Source: an uncultured cyanobacterium (lineage in GTDB: Bacteria; Cyanobacteriota; Cyanobacteriia; Cyanobacteriales; Nostocaceae). Taken from it: 64,000 nucleotides of DNA. The DNA is taken from positions 2,240,001-2,304,000 of the forward strand of contig OY970166.1 of the NCBI GenBank assembly GCA_963706595.1, given 5' to 3'. Both the position numbers and the translations under genes were made by a program. Below are positions 1 to 11,794 of this stretch, in pieces (the stretch's first letter is position 1; each line of letters begins with the position of its first letter). The notes below the pieces were generated by a model that did not search any database, had not been told where the DNA came from, and saw only the letters and a program-made list of their open reading frames with translations.

Positions 1-628
1 CTGAACTCCAGTCATCGTTTTTCACAGCAGCTTCCAGTTGACGCTGACGTTCCGCTTCACTCCCATCCACCTTTTCTATTTCTTGAGACAAAGTTGAATC
101 AGCCATTGCTTTCCGCAACTTTAACTTTTTCTCCTCATAAGCGTGGCGTTCCGCTTCTGACATCACCGCCTTAGCCGCCTCACCTACCGTACTCGCCCAC
201 ATTCCGCCTTCAGCAGCATTACCAGGGGGTGTAGTTTCCAATTCTGCTATCCAAGCATCTCGCAAATCTTCCATGTCTTGACGCTTGGGAAACTTAAAAT
301 TCTGTACCCTCACAAAAGCGCACTTTTGCTCACCATATTGGCTAACATGACCATTGAGGGAAAGTAAAACATTCCGAGAATAGCCAATGTACTGGGTTTG
401 GCTGTCTGCATCCAAAACCGCGTATACTCCGGCAATTTTGGCATTGTGGTCAGCCGTGCGCCAACTTTCTAGAGGCATAATATCTACCCCATTATTGGCG
501 AATATAGGCGTTATAGCCAGTTCAGTGGTATCGTGTTCATCGTCGGAACTATACAAAAATTCATGTAACCCACGGTGATTGACTGGTACATTTTGATGCT
601 CAATTGGCAAATTGTTCTCAGATTCCAT
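1..628 (-). CDS. GIY-YIG nuclease family protein (partial, runs off window start)
   Basis: Manual translation from ATG at 628: MESENNLPIEHQ...AGVYAVLD...QYIGYSRNV... contains the GIY/YIG-like pair; frame open to the window edge; not in the ORF track. Confidence 0.7.
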   Translation of the reverse strand, partial: MESENNLPIEHQNVPVNHRGLHEFLYSSDDEHDTTELAITPIFANNGVDIMPLESWRTADHNAKIAGVYAVLDADSQTQYIGYSRNVLLSLNGHVSQYGEQKCAFVRVQNFKFPKRQDMEDLRDAWIAELETTPPGNAAEGGMWASTVGEAAKAVMSEAERHAYEEKKLKLRKAMADSTLSQEIEKVDGSEAERQRQLEAAVKNDDWSS

Positions 629-838
629 CACAGTAAATCTCCGTGTTATTAAATAGATGCCCTTAAAACATTGAAGCTTAAATTTACCCACATCCCCAAG
701 AAAGCTGAATCTGTATTTTTGTGAGTTTTGGTGAGCGATCGCCAATCAAAGGCAAATGTTCGTGTAATATTAATTAGCCTTTTTATCGTACTTCACGGGT
801 GAGGAAATTATCCCCTAAGTCAACTACAAAATGCCTTC

Positions 839-1762
839 ATGAATCAAATTAAGCCTCAAAAGTGGAATTTTATCAAACAAAGATTGACTCCTTACTTATT
901 CTTACTCCCCGCTTTAATTCTCTTGGTTTTAACAGTTTTTTGGCCAGCAATACAAGCATTTTACCTCAGCTTCACCAGCTACGAAGACCTTTCCCAACCA
1001 CCGCAATGGATAGGTTTTGCCAACTTTCTCCGCTTGTGGAAAGATGCAGTTTTTTGGAAAACCTTAGAAAATACTTTTCTCTATCTTGTGGGTGTTGTCC
1101 CAATTTTAGTCATGGCTCCCTTAGTTTTGGCAATTTTGGTAAATCAGAAACTGCGAGGGATGAATTGGTTTAGAGCAGCTTATTACACCCCGGTAGTGAT
1201 ATCAATGGTAGTAGCTGGCATCGCTTGGAAATGGCTGTATGCAGAAAACGGCTTACTCAATCAGTTACTCAAAACTTGGAATATTTTGCCAGAAGGAATT
1301 CCCTGGCTAACTAGCCCAGAAAAGCTACTTGGCATTGTACCGATTTCTCTAGCCAGTGTCATGGCTGTCACCATTTGGAAAGGACTCGGCTATTACATGG
1401 TAATTTATTTAGCGGGGTTGCAATCAATTCCGGCTGATGTCTATGAAGCCGCAGCTATTGATGGTTCAGATGGTATCCGCAAACACTGGGATATTACAGT
1501 ACCCTTAATGAAGCCGTACTTAGCGCTAGTGGCGGTAATTTCTGCAATTTCTGCCACCAAAGTATTTGAAGAAGTATTTATTATGACCCAAGGCGGTCCA
1601 TTAAATAGCTCCAAAACCATTGTTTACTATTTATATGAAGAAGCCTTTAGTAACTTAGAAATTAGCTATGCTTGCACCATTGGATTAGTATTATTTTTAA
1701 TTATTTTAGTGTTATCAGTCTTGCGATTAGCGATCAATCAACAGGAAGATATCACAATTTAA
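839..1762 (+). CDS. Carbohydrate ABC transporter permease (MalF/LacF type)
   Basis: 307 aa, multiple TM segments, EAA loop YEAAAIDGS. Confidence 0.9.
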   Translation: MNQIKPQKWNFIKQRLTPYLFLLPALILLVLTVFWPAIQAFYLSFTSYEDLSQPPQWIGFANFLRLWKDAVFWKTLENTFLYLVGVVPILVMAPLVLAILVNQKLRGMNWFRAAYYTPVVISMVVAGIAWKWLYAENGLLNQLLKTWNILPEGIPWLTSPEKLLGIVPISLASVMAVTIWKGLGYYMVIYLAGLQSIPADVYEAAAIDGSDGIRKHWDITVPLMKPYLALVAVISAISATKVFEEVFIMTQGGPLNSSKTIVYYLYEEAFSNLEISYACTIGLVLFLIILVLSVLRLAINQQEDITI

Positions 1763-1907
1763 ATCCATATTTTGCCACAGAAAAACAAATTTGGCAAAAA
1801 ACACATTTGAGCATTCATGAATATGCCAAAATATTAATTGAGAGCTAACCATTAAATGAATTAGCCCATCAATAAAAACCGCATTAACTACATCACCAAT
1901 TTAAAAT

Positions 1908-2021
1908 ATAGGACTCCTATTTGATTTCTGAATATCAATACAACTTAAAATGGCTTTTTCCCACTCCCCACTCCCCACTCCCCACCTACGCAAGTAAGTT
2001 AAAAAATCAAAGCGGATTACA
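1908..2021. repeat. Dispersed MITE-like repeat containing CCCCACT heptamers
   Basis: Begins GGACTCCTATTTGATTTCTG, also found at about 35236, followed by CCCCACT tandem units; ends in a degenerate inverted end AAATCAAAGCGGATT. Confidence 0.55.
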
Positions 2022-2290
2022 ATATTAATTTATGGCCTTTGACAGATTAATTTTGCCAAGATATTTAGGTACTAATCTATCCAATCACTCGTGAAAATTG
2101 CTTCAAACACTGATTCATCCAAGATCGAGTATGAAATTAACTCTGCCTAAATACTTAATTAACTTTGTTCACTAAAGTTTACTAGATAATTTCAGTATAT
2201 TTAAACTATGCCGTTAGGCTGAGGGACAGTATCCATAAAATTATTAACTATGGTCAGTAATTCTCTACTTAACGGAATTTTCACCAAACT

Positions 2291-2899
2291 ATGAAATTAA
2301 GTCAAAAACTCATAGGAAAAGTATTGTTCAATATAATCACTATAGGCAGTTTAGTCGCTCTATCTGCCTGTGCTGAACCTGTTACACAACGAACTCCACC
2401 CGTGACAGAAGCCCCTCCTGCCGCCCCGCCAGTTGCAGATACTCGTATAGAAACAACTGCTGACCTCAATTTAGCTGAACTGACACAAGCCGCAGCTAAA
2501 GAAGGACAGTTTCAAACGCTAACACGGGCAGTGGAAGCCGCAGGCTTACAGGATCAATTGGCAACGCCGGGACCTTACACAGTTTTTGCACCTACTGATG
2601 CCGCTTTTGCAGCGCTACCCACAGGCACTTTAGACAACCTCTTAAAACCAGAAAACAAAGACCAATTAACCAAGCTCATTGCCTACCACGTCATCCCAGG
2701 GCAAGTTACCTCTAGTCAACTGACATCTGGAGAAGTCAAAACAGTTGAGGGTAGTCCTGTGACAGTGAATGTTGATGACGCTACCCAAGCTGTCACTGTC
2801 AACGATGCTAGAGTGACTCAAGCAGATATTCCAGCTAGCAATGGCGTTGTTCACGTCATCGATCAGGTAATCCTACCACCTGATTTTCCAGGGACTTAA
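2291..2899 (+). CDS. Fasciclin (FAS1) domain lipoprotein
   Basis: Lipobox LSAC; FAS1 motifs YTVFAPTDAAF and NGVVHVIDQVI. Confidence 0.9.
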   Translation: MKLSQKLIGKVLFNIITIGSLVALSACAEPVTQRTPPVTEAPPAAPPVADTRIETTADLNLAELTQAAAKEGQFQTLTRAVEAAGLQDQLATPGPYTVFAPTDAAFAALPTGTLDNLLKPENKDQLTKLIAYHVIPGQVTSSQLTSGEVKTVEGSPVTVNVDDATQAVTVNDARVTQADIPASNGVVHVIDQVILPPDFPGT

Positions 2900-3010
2900 G
2901 AATACAATCCAAACATCATATTTCTTAATAAAAAGAATACCTCCCCGGTCATATTTTTGAGCAAGCAAGAACAAAAACCGGGGAATTTTTCTTTGTGTTT
3001 TTTACTCAGC

Positions 3011-3177
3011 GTGTACACACAAGTTGGAAAACCTTTGATTTGAGTAGGGAGCGTTACGGACGTTAGTCCATAACGCACCGAAAATTGAGGATGGTGCGTT
3101 GTGCTACGCGACAAGACACCCTACAACAAAGGATTTCGAGTAAATTTAATTTAATCATTTGTGTATACACCGTAGCC
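3011..3177. repeat. Dispersed palindromic repeat (MITE/REP-like), copy 1
   Basis: Near-identical core (GCGTTA.GGACG.TAGTCC.TAACGCACCGAAAAT.GAGGATGGTGCGTTG.GCTACGCGACAA) also at 41469-41605. Confidence 0.75.
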
Positions 3178-4591
3178 CTTTGGGACAAGGGGAGACGGCT
3201 ACGCGGTAGCGTATCGGAGGTTATAGCTATGCCTGTCAGGGCTTTACGAGTGCTGCTGAAGTCTAATGACTACGTATAGGGCATTGATTGAGTATTATTT
3301 AGACACATGAAGTTGATCAGCACTTCAGTTAAAAGTCAAAAGCACGGCTCCATAACATTGGGGTTAATTTCTTCCACAAGTTAGAAGAGCATTTGTTATG
3401 CTTGAATGGCAAAGCGAAATCTTGTTCACCAAGCAGAATTGGCTAAATGTCTTAAGGATTAAATATCACAGAATCACAACATTATCTTTAAGCTTAAAGT
3501 ATTATATTTAACAATCTTATTACTGAAAGCCCATCTGCAAGTAGGTTCCAAACCGATGATCAGACTTTTCTATGTTCCAACTTCTCACTGCTAATATCTT
3601 CCAGCGTTGCCGGGGTGATGGCTATTATTGTGCCTGTATCATCTAGAGATTCGCCTTAAGTAGGCTAATATCTGTAATTCTGACTGTCAAATTTCTGCTG
3701 AATTGATTAAAATATCGATGTATACAATAAGAACAGTTTGTCAACTTTCATAGGGTTGAAATTTCAGCAGTGCGCTAATGTGTGAATAAGACCAATCAGT
3801 AAAAATCTCAATTGTTGGCCTCATGGCTGATTCCGCCATCGCCTCAACTCCTTAGTTCAGGCATTTGGCATAATTAAGGTTAACTGTCTTGAGACAAGCA
3901 TCACCGTTCTTGCTGTCTTTACGCTGTGAGAAACTCCACGCAAGTCTTAAGATTGAGCCATTTATGAAGGAAATGTAAAAATGGGTGCATTAATATTTCT
4001 CGCTTAAGTTAACATTAACAAAACTGTTCCTCAGTAATTAATGTTGCACATCATACCTAAAAGTATGTAGTAGCGGGTGTATTTTCCTTTGAATGTCAAG
4101 ATAATGCCACTAGGATGCCAAAAAAATTTGAGAAAAATTTAAGGGCATGACTACCGTTTTCAATATCTTTTTGTTATTGGTGGCTTTACTTTGCACAATG
4201 GCATCATGATTAATACACAAAAAGAGTGCAATTTTTGTGAAACAGGCTACAATCGGAAAAGTCTTTATCAGAGAATATGCCAACGGTCATATTTTGTCTA
4301 TGTGGAGTGGTAGATTTTTGAGATCAAGACAAGCCTTTGTTCAGACGAATTTAGTTAAAAGTTGTATGTCATAGCAACACATGATGATTTCTAACTAAAA
4401 TGAGCAAGTCAGCAGTTACTGCGACTTTTCACATACCGTCAAAAAATCCTCTATGAAGAGGAGCAAACTTCCGAAAAGATTTCCGGGAAATCAGCCTAAA
4501 ACCCGATTTTCGGTAGTTAACTAGCTCGTTTAAAAAGAGCAGTAAACACATCTTGAGTAATTGATTCTGCAAGGAGCATGAGGAACGCGGC

Positions 4592-5767
4592 ATGAACCAG
4601 GCTAACAACGTACTCGAAAGCATTTATCAGCCTGACCTAGAAATAATAAATCAGCCTGAGCTCGAGTTAGAACTCTTAGTCGAAGAAGAAGAAGAAGAAG
4701 AGGACTTGCTGATTAACGATGATGGCGAAGATGAGTTTTTAGAGCCTCAGTCTGATGAGGACGACACAAAGTCTGGAAAAGCCGCTAAATCACGTCGTCG
4801 GACACAAAGCAAGAAAAAGCACTACACCGAAGACTCGATTCGCCTTTATCTGCAAGAAATTGGTCGGATTCGCCTATTGCGGGCAGACGAAGAAATTGAA
4901 TTGGCGCGAAAAATCGCTGATTTGTTGGAATTAGAAAGGGTGCGGGATAGACTGCAAGAACAGTTAGAACGCGAACCTGAATATCGGGAATGGGCGGAAG
5001 CTGTACAAATCCCATTACCAGCATTTCGTTATCGCCTGCATGTTGGTCGCAGGGCAAAAGATAAAATGGTGCAATCGAACCTGCGTCTTGTGGTGTCAAT
5101 TGCTAAGAAATACATGAATCGTGGTTTGTCTTTCCAAGACTTAATTCAGGAAGGTAGTCTCGGTTTGATTCGCGCTGCAGAAAAGTTTGACCACGAAAAA
5201 GGTTATAAGTTTTCTACTTATGCTACATGGTGGATTCGTCAAGCAATTACCCGTGCCATAGCTGATCAATCTCGTACTATCCGCCTACCGGTTCACCTCT
5301 ACGAAACCATTTCGCGGATCAAGAAAACTACCAAATTGCTATCCCAAGAAATGGGACGCAAACCTACTGAAGAAGAAATCGCGACTCGCATGGAAATGAC
5401 CATCGAGAAATTGCGGTTTATCGCTAAATCTGCCCAGTTACCTATCTCACTAGAAACGCCCATCGGTAAAGAAGAAGATTCTCGATTGGGCGATTTTATT
5501 GAGTCAGATGGTGAAACTCCCGAAGATCAGGTTTCCAAAAATCTGCTGCGCGAAGACCTGGAAAAAGTCCTCGATAGCCTCAGTCCTCGTGAACGCGATG
5601 TCCTCCGACTGCGCTATGGTTTGGATGACGGGCGCATGAAGACTCTGGAGGAAATTGGCCAAATTTTTAATGTTACCCGCGAACGAATTCGTCAAATTGA
5701 GGCCAAAGCACTCCGCAAGTTACGTCACCCGAATCGCAACAGTGTTCTTAAGGAATATATTCGGTAG
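4592..5767 (+). CDS. sigA: Principal RNA polymerase sigma factor SigA (RpoD)
   Basis: [55 protein letters not shown], region 4 [20 protein letters not shown]; acidic N-terminus. Confidence 0.97.
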   Translation: MNQANNVLESIYQPDLEIINQPELELELLVEEEEEEEDLLINDDGEDEFLEPQSDEDDTKSGKAAKSRRRTQSKKKHYTEDSIRLYLQEIGRIRLLRADEEIELARKIADLLELERVRDRLQEQLEREPEYREWAEAVQIPLPAFRYRLHVGRRAKDKMVQSNLRLVVSIAKKYMNRGLSFQDLIQEGSLGLIRAAEKFDHEKGYKFSTYATWWIRQAITRAIADQSRTIRLPVHLYETISRIKKTTKLLSQEMGRKPTEEEIATRMEMTIEKLRFIAKSAQLPISLETPIGKEEDSRLGDFIESDGETPEDQVSKNLLREDLEKVLDSLSPRERDVLRLRYGLDDGRMKTLEEIGQIFNVTRERIRQIEAKALRKLRHPNRNSVLKEYIR

Positions 5768-5800
5768 TTATTAGTTATTAGTTATTAGTTATTAGTTATT
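5765..5800. repeat. Short tandem heptamer repeat (TAGTTAT)n
   Basis: About 5 copies starting at the sigA stop codon. Confidence 0.8.
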
Positions 5801-5852
5801 GGTCATTAGCTTTATACCAATCTCTGATAACTAAAAAAAGTAACAAACAATT

Positions 5853-5889
5853 AAAAACCTGGTAGTGATGATTCACTACCAGGTTTTTT
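5853..5889. terminator. Bidirectional intrinsic terminator between sigA and hli
   Basis: AAAAACCTGGTAGTGA-tgat-TCACTACCAGGTTTTT perfect stem with A/T tails between convergent genes. Confidence 0.85.
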
Positions 5890-5926
5890 CTTATTTTTTT
5901 ATGTAGCTATTTCTGTATAGTCGAAT

Positions 5927-6115
5927 CTACAGAATTCCCCAGAAATGGAGGAAACCTTGACCAGAGAACAACTCAATGAGCGCTGCTGCTAAAAAGCCAA
6001 TCATTGCCAAGCGACCGTTCCAGATTTCTGCTTGGGGTGTAAAGCCCCAACGCCATTCGTTGCGATTTTCGTTTACGGGAGCATTAACGTTTGTTGCGTT
6101 TGTCATGGTTGGCAC
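5927..6115 (-). CDS. hli: High-light-inducible protein (Hlip/Scp)
   Basis: [19 protein letters not shown] chlorophyll-binding ExxNGRxAM motif, 62 aa. Confidence 0.93.
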   Translation of the reverse strand: MPTMTNATNVNAPVNENRNEWRWGFTPQAEIWNGRLAMIGFLAAALIELFSGQGFLHFWGIL

Positions 6116-6146
6116 TCCAAATTAGATTTACGAAGTATTATTGCCT

Positions 6147-6164
6147 TATGTAAACTAATATAAC
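6147..6164 (-). promoter_or_regulatory. HLR1 (RpaB-binding) direct repeat upstream of hli
   Basis: Minus strand GTTATATT-AG-TTTACATA matches (G/T)TTACA(T/A)(T/A)-N2 tandem consensus with 1 mismatch; hli genes are known HLR1 targets. Confidence 0.7.
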
Positions 6165-6220
6165 AAATATTTTCATAAATGCAACCTTTATTTATAGTTT
6201 GTTGCTATATTTTGACTACT

Positions 6221-6322
6221 CTTTGCTGGGGAGTGGGGAGTGGGGAGTGGGGAGTGGGTTCAAACCGTAATGGTGTCTAAGTTTGATTATCCGTTTATGT
6301 TTTAACGTCCTTGGCGATCGCC
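6221..6322. repeat. Dispersed repeat with GGGGAGT heptamers; inverted copy at about 63215-63292
   Basis: AATGGTGTCTAAGTTTGATTATCCGTTTA..TTAACGTCCTTGGCG is the reverse complement of sequence at about 63222-63268. Confidence 0.75.
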
Positions 6323-6392
6323 AGATCAAAATAAAAACCTCACAGGGAGAAGCCGCATGAGGTTAAAATTAGCTGTATTTGGTCAAAGCAGT

Positions 6393-8903
6393 TTACATCC
6401 GCACTTCTATGACTGAGATAATTCTTTCATCGCGGTTAAGTTCAATCATGCTTTCACCCTTAGCATCTCTAGCTAATATCGGCACTGTGTCTACAGGTAT
6501 CCGGACTATACGCTCTTTATTGGTGAGTATTGCTACTTCGGCAGAGGCGATCGCCTTCACCATACCAGCTAAATGATCTGTCTTATTGGCAAATTTCAGG
6601 GATTGGATGCCTAAATTAGCCCGGTCAGCCCGTTTTAAATTACTCGCAGGTAAGCGTTTAGCATATCCTTCTTCAGTCACCAGCAACAAGTTATCGTCTC
6701 CAGCCGCAGTTACACAGCCCACCATGCGTTGATGTTTGAGCAGGCGTAATGCTTGTAACCCCATTGCAGTCCGACCCATCACAGGTAATTGTTGGTCATC
6801 TGCGGCGAACTTTAACAAGCGCCCGCCGGAACTGGCTAAAATCAGATTATCCTTGGAAGTGGTTAACTGGGTAAATAACAATTCATCATCTTCTTTGAGC
6901 TTGAGAATCGTAATTCCCCGACGAGTCAGATTTGTAAATTCTGCTAACGACAGGCGCTTAATTCGTCCTTCCTTGGTCAGGAGAACCATCTGTTGAGTTT
7001 CTAAACTTTCTGGTAGAATCAGGCGACTCACCACGCCTTCTTGAGCGCTTTGAGCCGTGGTACTGAGCATTGTAATTAGTGGTGTTCCCCGTGGAGAACG
7101 TCCAGTAGTGGGGCGAATATCTCCCACATTTACAGGGTAGACTTTACCGCTACTGGTAATGATCAGCAAGTCTTGATCTGTGGCGGTTAAATCGGTTTGG
7201 ATGATGAAGTCATGATCGGGTAGAGCGTTTTCAGCTTTCGATTTTTTGCCTGTTGGCTGAAGGCGACGCACATATCCCCGGTGGCTAAATTCTAAAACTA
7301 CTTCTTCGGCTGGTTCAGTAGAGGGGGAATTTTGCGGATCGATTTCGGCGGCTGTGCTGGGAAGTTTTTCTACACCTTTGACTTTGGCAAATTCTTGACT
7401 ATTTCTAGCTAAAAGCTTAGTCCGCCGGGGATTGTTGTATTTGCGCTTGAGCGATCGCAAATCTTTTTTCAGTGTTTTCAGTAATTCGTGGCGATCGCTG
7501 AGTAATCTTTGCAATTCCCCAATTTGCTGACTCAGTTGCTCAAACTCTTGTTGCAAGTTACGCTGTTCTAAGCTAGTCAGGCGGCGTAATGGCATCGCTA
7601 GAATCGCATCTGCTTGTGACTCACTCAAATCCAGACGGCTACAAAGGCTGATTTTAGCGGTAGTACCATCAGCAGCTGTTCGCAAAATTTCAATTAATTG
7701 ATCCAGTTGCGATAATGCTTTGAGCAACCCGGACACGATATGCAGCCGACTTTCGGCCTTACCTAACTCATAACTGTAGCGACGGTTGAGAGTTTGCTCA
7801 CGGAATTTCAAAAACTCCTGTAACATTTGCCGCAAACTTAACTGGCGGGGTTGCCCATCTACTAAGGCTAAAAGAATCGCCCCAAAGTTGCTTTGCAAGG
7901 CGGTTTGGTGATACAAGTGTTGCAAAAGTTCTTGGGGGTTGGTATCACGTTTGAGTTCAATTACTACCCGCATTCCTTCGCGATCGCTTTCGTCCCGCAG
8001 GTCAGAAATCCCATGCAAACGACCTTGATTGACTAAATCGGCGACTTTCTCAATCCAGCCAGCCTTATTTACTTGATAAGGCAATTCGGTGATAATAATT
8101 GCTGTCCGCCGCTTACTGCCTTTGGTAGGGGCAATTTCTTCGGTATTGGCGACTCCGCGCAGCACAATGCTACCCTTACCACTGGTGTATGCTTCCCGAA
8201 TCCCTGTCTCACCAACGATTTCTCCACCGGTGGGAAAGTCGGGACCAGGAATGATTTCCCATAACTTTTGATCGGACAAATCTGGTTGGTCAATTAAAGC
8301 AATCAAGCCATCAACTAATTCTCCCAAGTTGTGCGGGGGAATATTTGTCGCCATACCCACAGCAATCCCAGAACAGCCATTGAGTAAGAGAAAAGGCAAT
8401 TGAGCCGGAAGTACGGTGGGTTCTTGTTGGGAATTATCAAAGTTACCGATGAATTCCACCGTTTCATCGCCAATTTCTGCCAACATTCCCTCATGGCTGA
8501 TGGGTGCGAGACGCGTTTCTGTGTAACGCATCGCTGCGGGTGGATCATTATCGACACTACCAAAGTTACCATGTCCTGCTAATAGGGGGTAGCGGCTGGA
8601 AAATTCTTGTACTAATCTGACTAAGGCATCATAAACTGATTGATCACCGTGGGGGTGGTATTTACCTAGCACATCTCCGACTACACGGGCGCACTTACGA
8701 TAGGGTCTATCTGGGGTTAAACCTAGTTCGTGCATGGCATATAAAATCCGCCGATGCACTGGTTTTAAGCCATCACGCACGTCGGGTAAGGCTCGCCCCA
8801 CAATCACACTCATGGCATATTCTAGGTAAGACCGTTGCATCTCCGTGTGCAGGGCTGTTGTGATTACCTGTCCCGTGGGGAGAAGGTTTAACTGTTTTGC
8901 CAT
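6393..8903 (-). CDS. gyrA: DNA gyrase/topoisomerase IV subunit A
   Basis: [24 protein letters not shown], catalytic AAMRYTE; C-terminal pinwheel repeats; gyrA versus parC-like paralogue not resolved. Confidence 0.88.
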   Translation of the reverse strand: MAKQLNLLPTGQVITTALHTEMQRSYLEYAMSVIVGRALPDVRDGLKPVHRRILYAMHELGLTPDRPYRKCARVVGDVLGKYHPHGDQSVYDALVRLVQEFSSRYPLLAGHGNFGSVDNDPPAAMRYTETRLAPISHEGMLAEIGDETVEFIGNFDNSQQEPTVLPAQLPFLLLNGCSGIAVGMATNIPPHNLGELVDGLIALIDQPDLSDQKLWEIIPGPDFPTGGEIVGETGIREAYTSGKGSIVLRGVANTEEIAPTKGSKRRTAIIITELPYQVNKAGWIEKVADLVNQGRLHGISDLRDESDREGMRVVIELKRDTNPQELLQHLYHQTALQSNFGAILLALVDGQPRQLSLRQMLQEFLKFREQTLNRRYSYELGKAESRLHIVSGLLKALSQLDQLIEILRTAADGTTAKISLCSRLDLSESQADAILAMPLRRLTSLEQRNLQQEFEQLSQQIGELQRLLSDRHELLKTLKKDLRSLKRKYNNPRRTKLLARNSQEFAKVKGVEKLPSTAAEIDPQNSPSTEPAEEVVLEFSHRGYVRRLQPTGKKSKAENALPDHDFIIQTDLTATDQDLLIITSSGKVYPVNVGDIRPTTGRSPRGTPLITMLSTTAQSAQEGVVSRLILPESLETQQMVLLTKEGRIKRLSLAEFTNLTRRGITILKLKEDDELLFTQLTTSKDNLILASSGGRLLKFAADDQQLPVMGRTAMGLQALRLLKHQRMVGCVTAAGDDNLLLVTEEGYAKRLPASNLKRADRANLGIQSLKFANKTDHLAGMVKAIASAEVAILTNKERIVRIPVDTVPILARDAKGESMIELNRDERIISVIEVRM

Positions 8904-9130
8904 GAGTTTTTTCCCTGAAATTTAATTACACAAAGGTCGCTTGATTTGAACACCGCAGCAAACACAGCATAACGGATGAAATGGGATTCCTAACACAATT
9001 TTGATGGTCAAAGGATAAACAACAGTAGTATTATCCTTGATGACAGGGTGATAATTTGATCATTAAAAAGGAGCGAAACAACTGTTTTTGTCAGGTTGTC
9101 CTCTCCTTCTACTCTATAAATAAAATTCTC

Positions 9131-9535
9131 ATGAAAACTGTTCTAATTGTTGAAGACGATCTGATTAATGCTCGCGTTTTTTCCAAAATTTTGACCAAGC
9201 GGGGTGGCTTGAATGTCAAACATACAGAAAATGTGGAAGAAGTCATGGAAATTGCCGATTCAGGGGCAGCTGACCTGATTTTAATGGATGTTTCTCTGTC
9301 CAGAAGCGTTTACCAAGGTCAGTCTGTTGATGGGATCAAAATTACCCAAATGTTGAAATCAAACCCAAAAACGGCACATTTACCGATTATTCTGGTAACG
9401 GCACACGCTATGCAAGGCGATCGCGAAAACTTTCTCAAGCAAAGCGGCGCTGATGGCTACATTTCTAAACCCGTTGTCGATCATCAACAGTTTGTTGAAC
9501 AAATCATTGCACTTTTCCCCAAAGATATCCATTAA
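9131..9535 (+). CDS. Single-domain response regulator (DivK/CheY-like)
   Basis: VLIVEDD, DLILMD, VTAHA, YISKP; likely ATG at 9131 within ORF 9056-9535. Confidence 0.88.
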   Translation: MKTVLIVEDDLINARVFSKILTKRGGLNVKHTENVEEVMEIADSGAADLILMDVSLSRSVYQGQSVDGIKITQMLKSNPKTAHLPIILVTAHAMQGDRENFLKQSGADGYISKPVVDHQQFVEQIIALFPKDIH

Positions 9536-9796
9536 GAACTGACGGCTGCTGTCAGGAATACTCGCCCACTCAATAATTTGGGCGAATAATTCCTGTATTA
9601 TATAGTATGTATGTACTAAAAAATGGTGTGTTCGGCAAGTGGTCTAGTGAAAAAGCCAAGGGTAAAGAGTTGGGAATTTCTGCCTGTTGGGGATTTCCCT
9701 CAATCCCCAAGACCTGACTGCTGTAAAAATTATGTCAAGCGCTTACGGCGTAGCCTGCCGGAGGCTGAATGACGAATTTAACGGCAATTAGTTTTA

Positions 9797-10663
9797 CTAT
9801 TGCTCTAGAGCCGCTTGGATGCGTGGTAATTCTAAGAATTTTTTGGTATCAGATAGTAATCGTTCACCCCAGAGATTTTCTTTGAGGAAATCTAAATTAC
9901 CATAGCGCTGATCGATGGCGAGTGCAGCTTCTCCCATTGATAGGGCTTGTTGGCGGTCGCCTTGATTATACATGGCCACTGCTAAGGCTAATAAAGGTTC
10001 TGCGGCTTGTTTGTCGATGTTAACAGAAGTTCGCCATTGCTTAACCGCATTTTCAACATCACCCTGTTCGTATTTGATTAAGCCAATGTTATTAATGGCC
10101 GGCCAGAATTTTTTGTCTAAAGAGAAAGATTTATTGTACTGGGCGATCGCTTCTGGTAATCGACCTAACATATAGTAAGCATTGCCCAAATCAAACAATC
10201 CTTCTGGGTTGTCGGGTTTTAACTGCAAACCTTTTTGGTAATACGTCGCTGCTGCTTGGTAATTTTGCTGTTGAAAATTAGCCGAACCCAAAGCAAACAC
10301 AACGTCAGGATTTTGGGGATTGAGGGACTGTGCTTTTTGCAAAGCCGCGATCGCCAGATCAAAATCTTTGGTTTGCAAATGTAAACCACCTAACAGAAAC
10401 CAGACTCTATCATTATTAGGAGCCAGTTGACTGGCTAACTTAGCCCTTGGCAAAGCCAACTCAAATTGCTGAAATTGCCCCAGTTGAGCAGCTTCTTGTG
10501 CTAGACCCAACCCTTGTTTTTCCAAATTCTCTGCATCCAGTTGCAGTGTATGAGGTATCAATGCCTGTGCGTGAACTGCCTTTGGCATACTCCACAAACT
10601 ACAGACCACCAAAAGAGAAATCAAACTAATATGTTTAGGCACACTACCGCCTCTTAGCCACAA
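9797..10663 (-). CDS. Tetratricopeptide-repeat protein with signal peptide
   Basis: Repeated TPR motifs (WFLLG..., LGNAYY...A...Y); likely start GTG at about 10642. Confidence 0.85.
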   Translation of the reverse strand: MWLRGGSVPKHISLISLLVVCSLWSMPKAVHAQALIPHTLQLDAENLEKQGLGLAQEAAQLGQFQQFELALPRAKLASQLAPNNDRVWFLLGGLHLQTKDFDLAIAALQKAQSLNPQNPDVVFALGSANFQQQNYQAAATYYQKGLQLKPDNPEGLFDLGNAYYMLGRLPEAIAQYNKSFSLDKKFWPAINNIGLIKYEQGDVENAVKQWRTSVNIDKQAAEPLLALAVAMYNQGDRQQALSMGEAALAIDQRYGNLDFLKENLWGERLLSDTKKFLELPRIQAALEQ

Positions 10664-11038
10664 ATCAAGGAATCTTCCAGTTAGCTTATACGATATCTGC
10701 TTGAGAAGAAAGGCACTCGTTCAGATCAAAAGGTAATTACAGCATTTGTCATGTAAATAAAATACACCGTAAGCTTGTATTCTCACCGAAGAGGCAGGGG
10801 AGCAGGGAAAATAATTTGTCTCCCAGCAGGTTGCAATTTGCTTACTCCTCATCTGTGTATTGTTTGATAATTTCAGTAAAATTAGTGACTTTTGTCATGC
10901 CCCACAATAGCTTTACTAATGACTTTTGTCATACACAGCCCAGGCACTTTTAGGTAGATAATATCTACCATCAATTGCTCATCTCCTAGTTTAACTAGAG
11001 GGCAATTGCAATTTTATGCCAGTAATGGAGTCAATTTC

Positions 11039-11461
11039 ATGTTGAAACGAATTAGCCCCATCATGCTCTTGACTGTGGCTCTAACAGTTTCACAACTTTT
11101 TTTATCTACACCTGCAAATGCTAAACCAAAATACCAGCATCACTACAATAGAGGACGAAGCAGAGCCAGAGTAGTTAATTCAACTAGAAACGTTGTTACC
11201 CCAAGGAGATCCAGAGTCGCTACCCCAAATAAAAAAGGAGGAGGAGGAAGAATAGTTAGACTGGCTAATGGTAATGTCAGACTTCCCAACGGGCAAGTTG
11301 TTCCTTCTCATAGATTAGTCAGACTACGTAATCAAGGTTACTGGAGACTTCCCAATGGGGATTTTATTCAGCCCAACCAGCAAATTGTTCCTGTGAAAAA
11401 CACAGTCAGAATGCAGAATGGCCACATCAGACTTCCTAATGGAATCATCTTGATCATATAG
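11039..11461 (+). CDS. Hypothetical secreted basic protein with RLPNG repeats
   Basis: Signal peptide ending ANA-K; Arg-rich; RLANG, RLPNG x3. Confidence 0.65.
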   Translation: MLKRISPIMLLTVALTVSQLFLSTPANAKPKYQHHYNRGRSRARVVNSTRNVVTPRRSRVATPNKKGGGGRIVRLANGNVRLPNGQVVPSHRLVRLRNQGYWRLPNGDFIQPNQQIVPVKNTVRMQNGHIRLPNGIILII

Positions 11462-11794
11462 CAATTGATCATTAATACAATCTCGTTCATTTAACCGGGG
11501 CATTGGTGCTATGTACTCCCAGATTTCCCAGGTAATTTCATAATTACTTTTACTGTATGCCCTTCCAATGTTGCTTTGGAGGGGATTTTACTGAGAAAAT
11601 TATTTAATCGCTAACCTACAATCAGCCCTTTTCCTAGCGATAACGTTCTTCAGGACGGGCGTATTGCAATCAGCCTCTTCTATAGATTTTGCATTGATTT
11701 TTAATGGTTCTACTATTTACGCCAACCTCTACTAGCTTATGGTTCTAGCGGTGCAGAACTAGCTCGGAAGCAATTGTTTTTCCTGGAACTTTAT

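Noticed and set aside
2896..3279. Two short ORFs (2896-3114 minus, 3085-3279 plus)
   Set aside because: Overlap a dispersed palindromic repeat; no protein features
9540..9715. Two hairpins after the response regulator, considered as 6S or other ncRNA
   Set aside because: No recognisable RNA family; adequately explained as terminators between convergent genes
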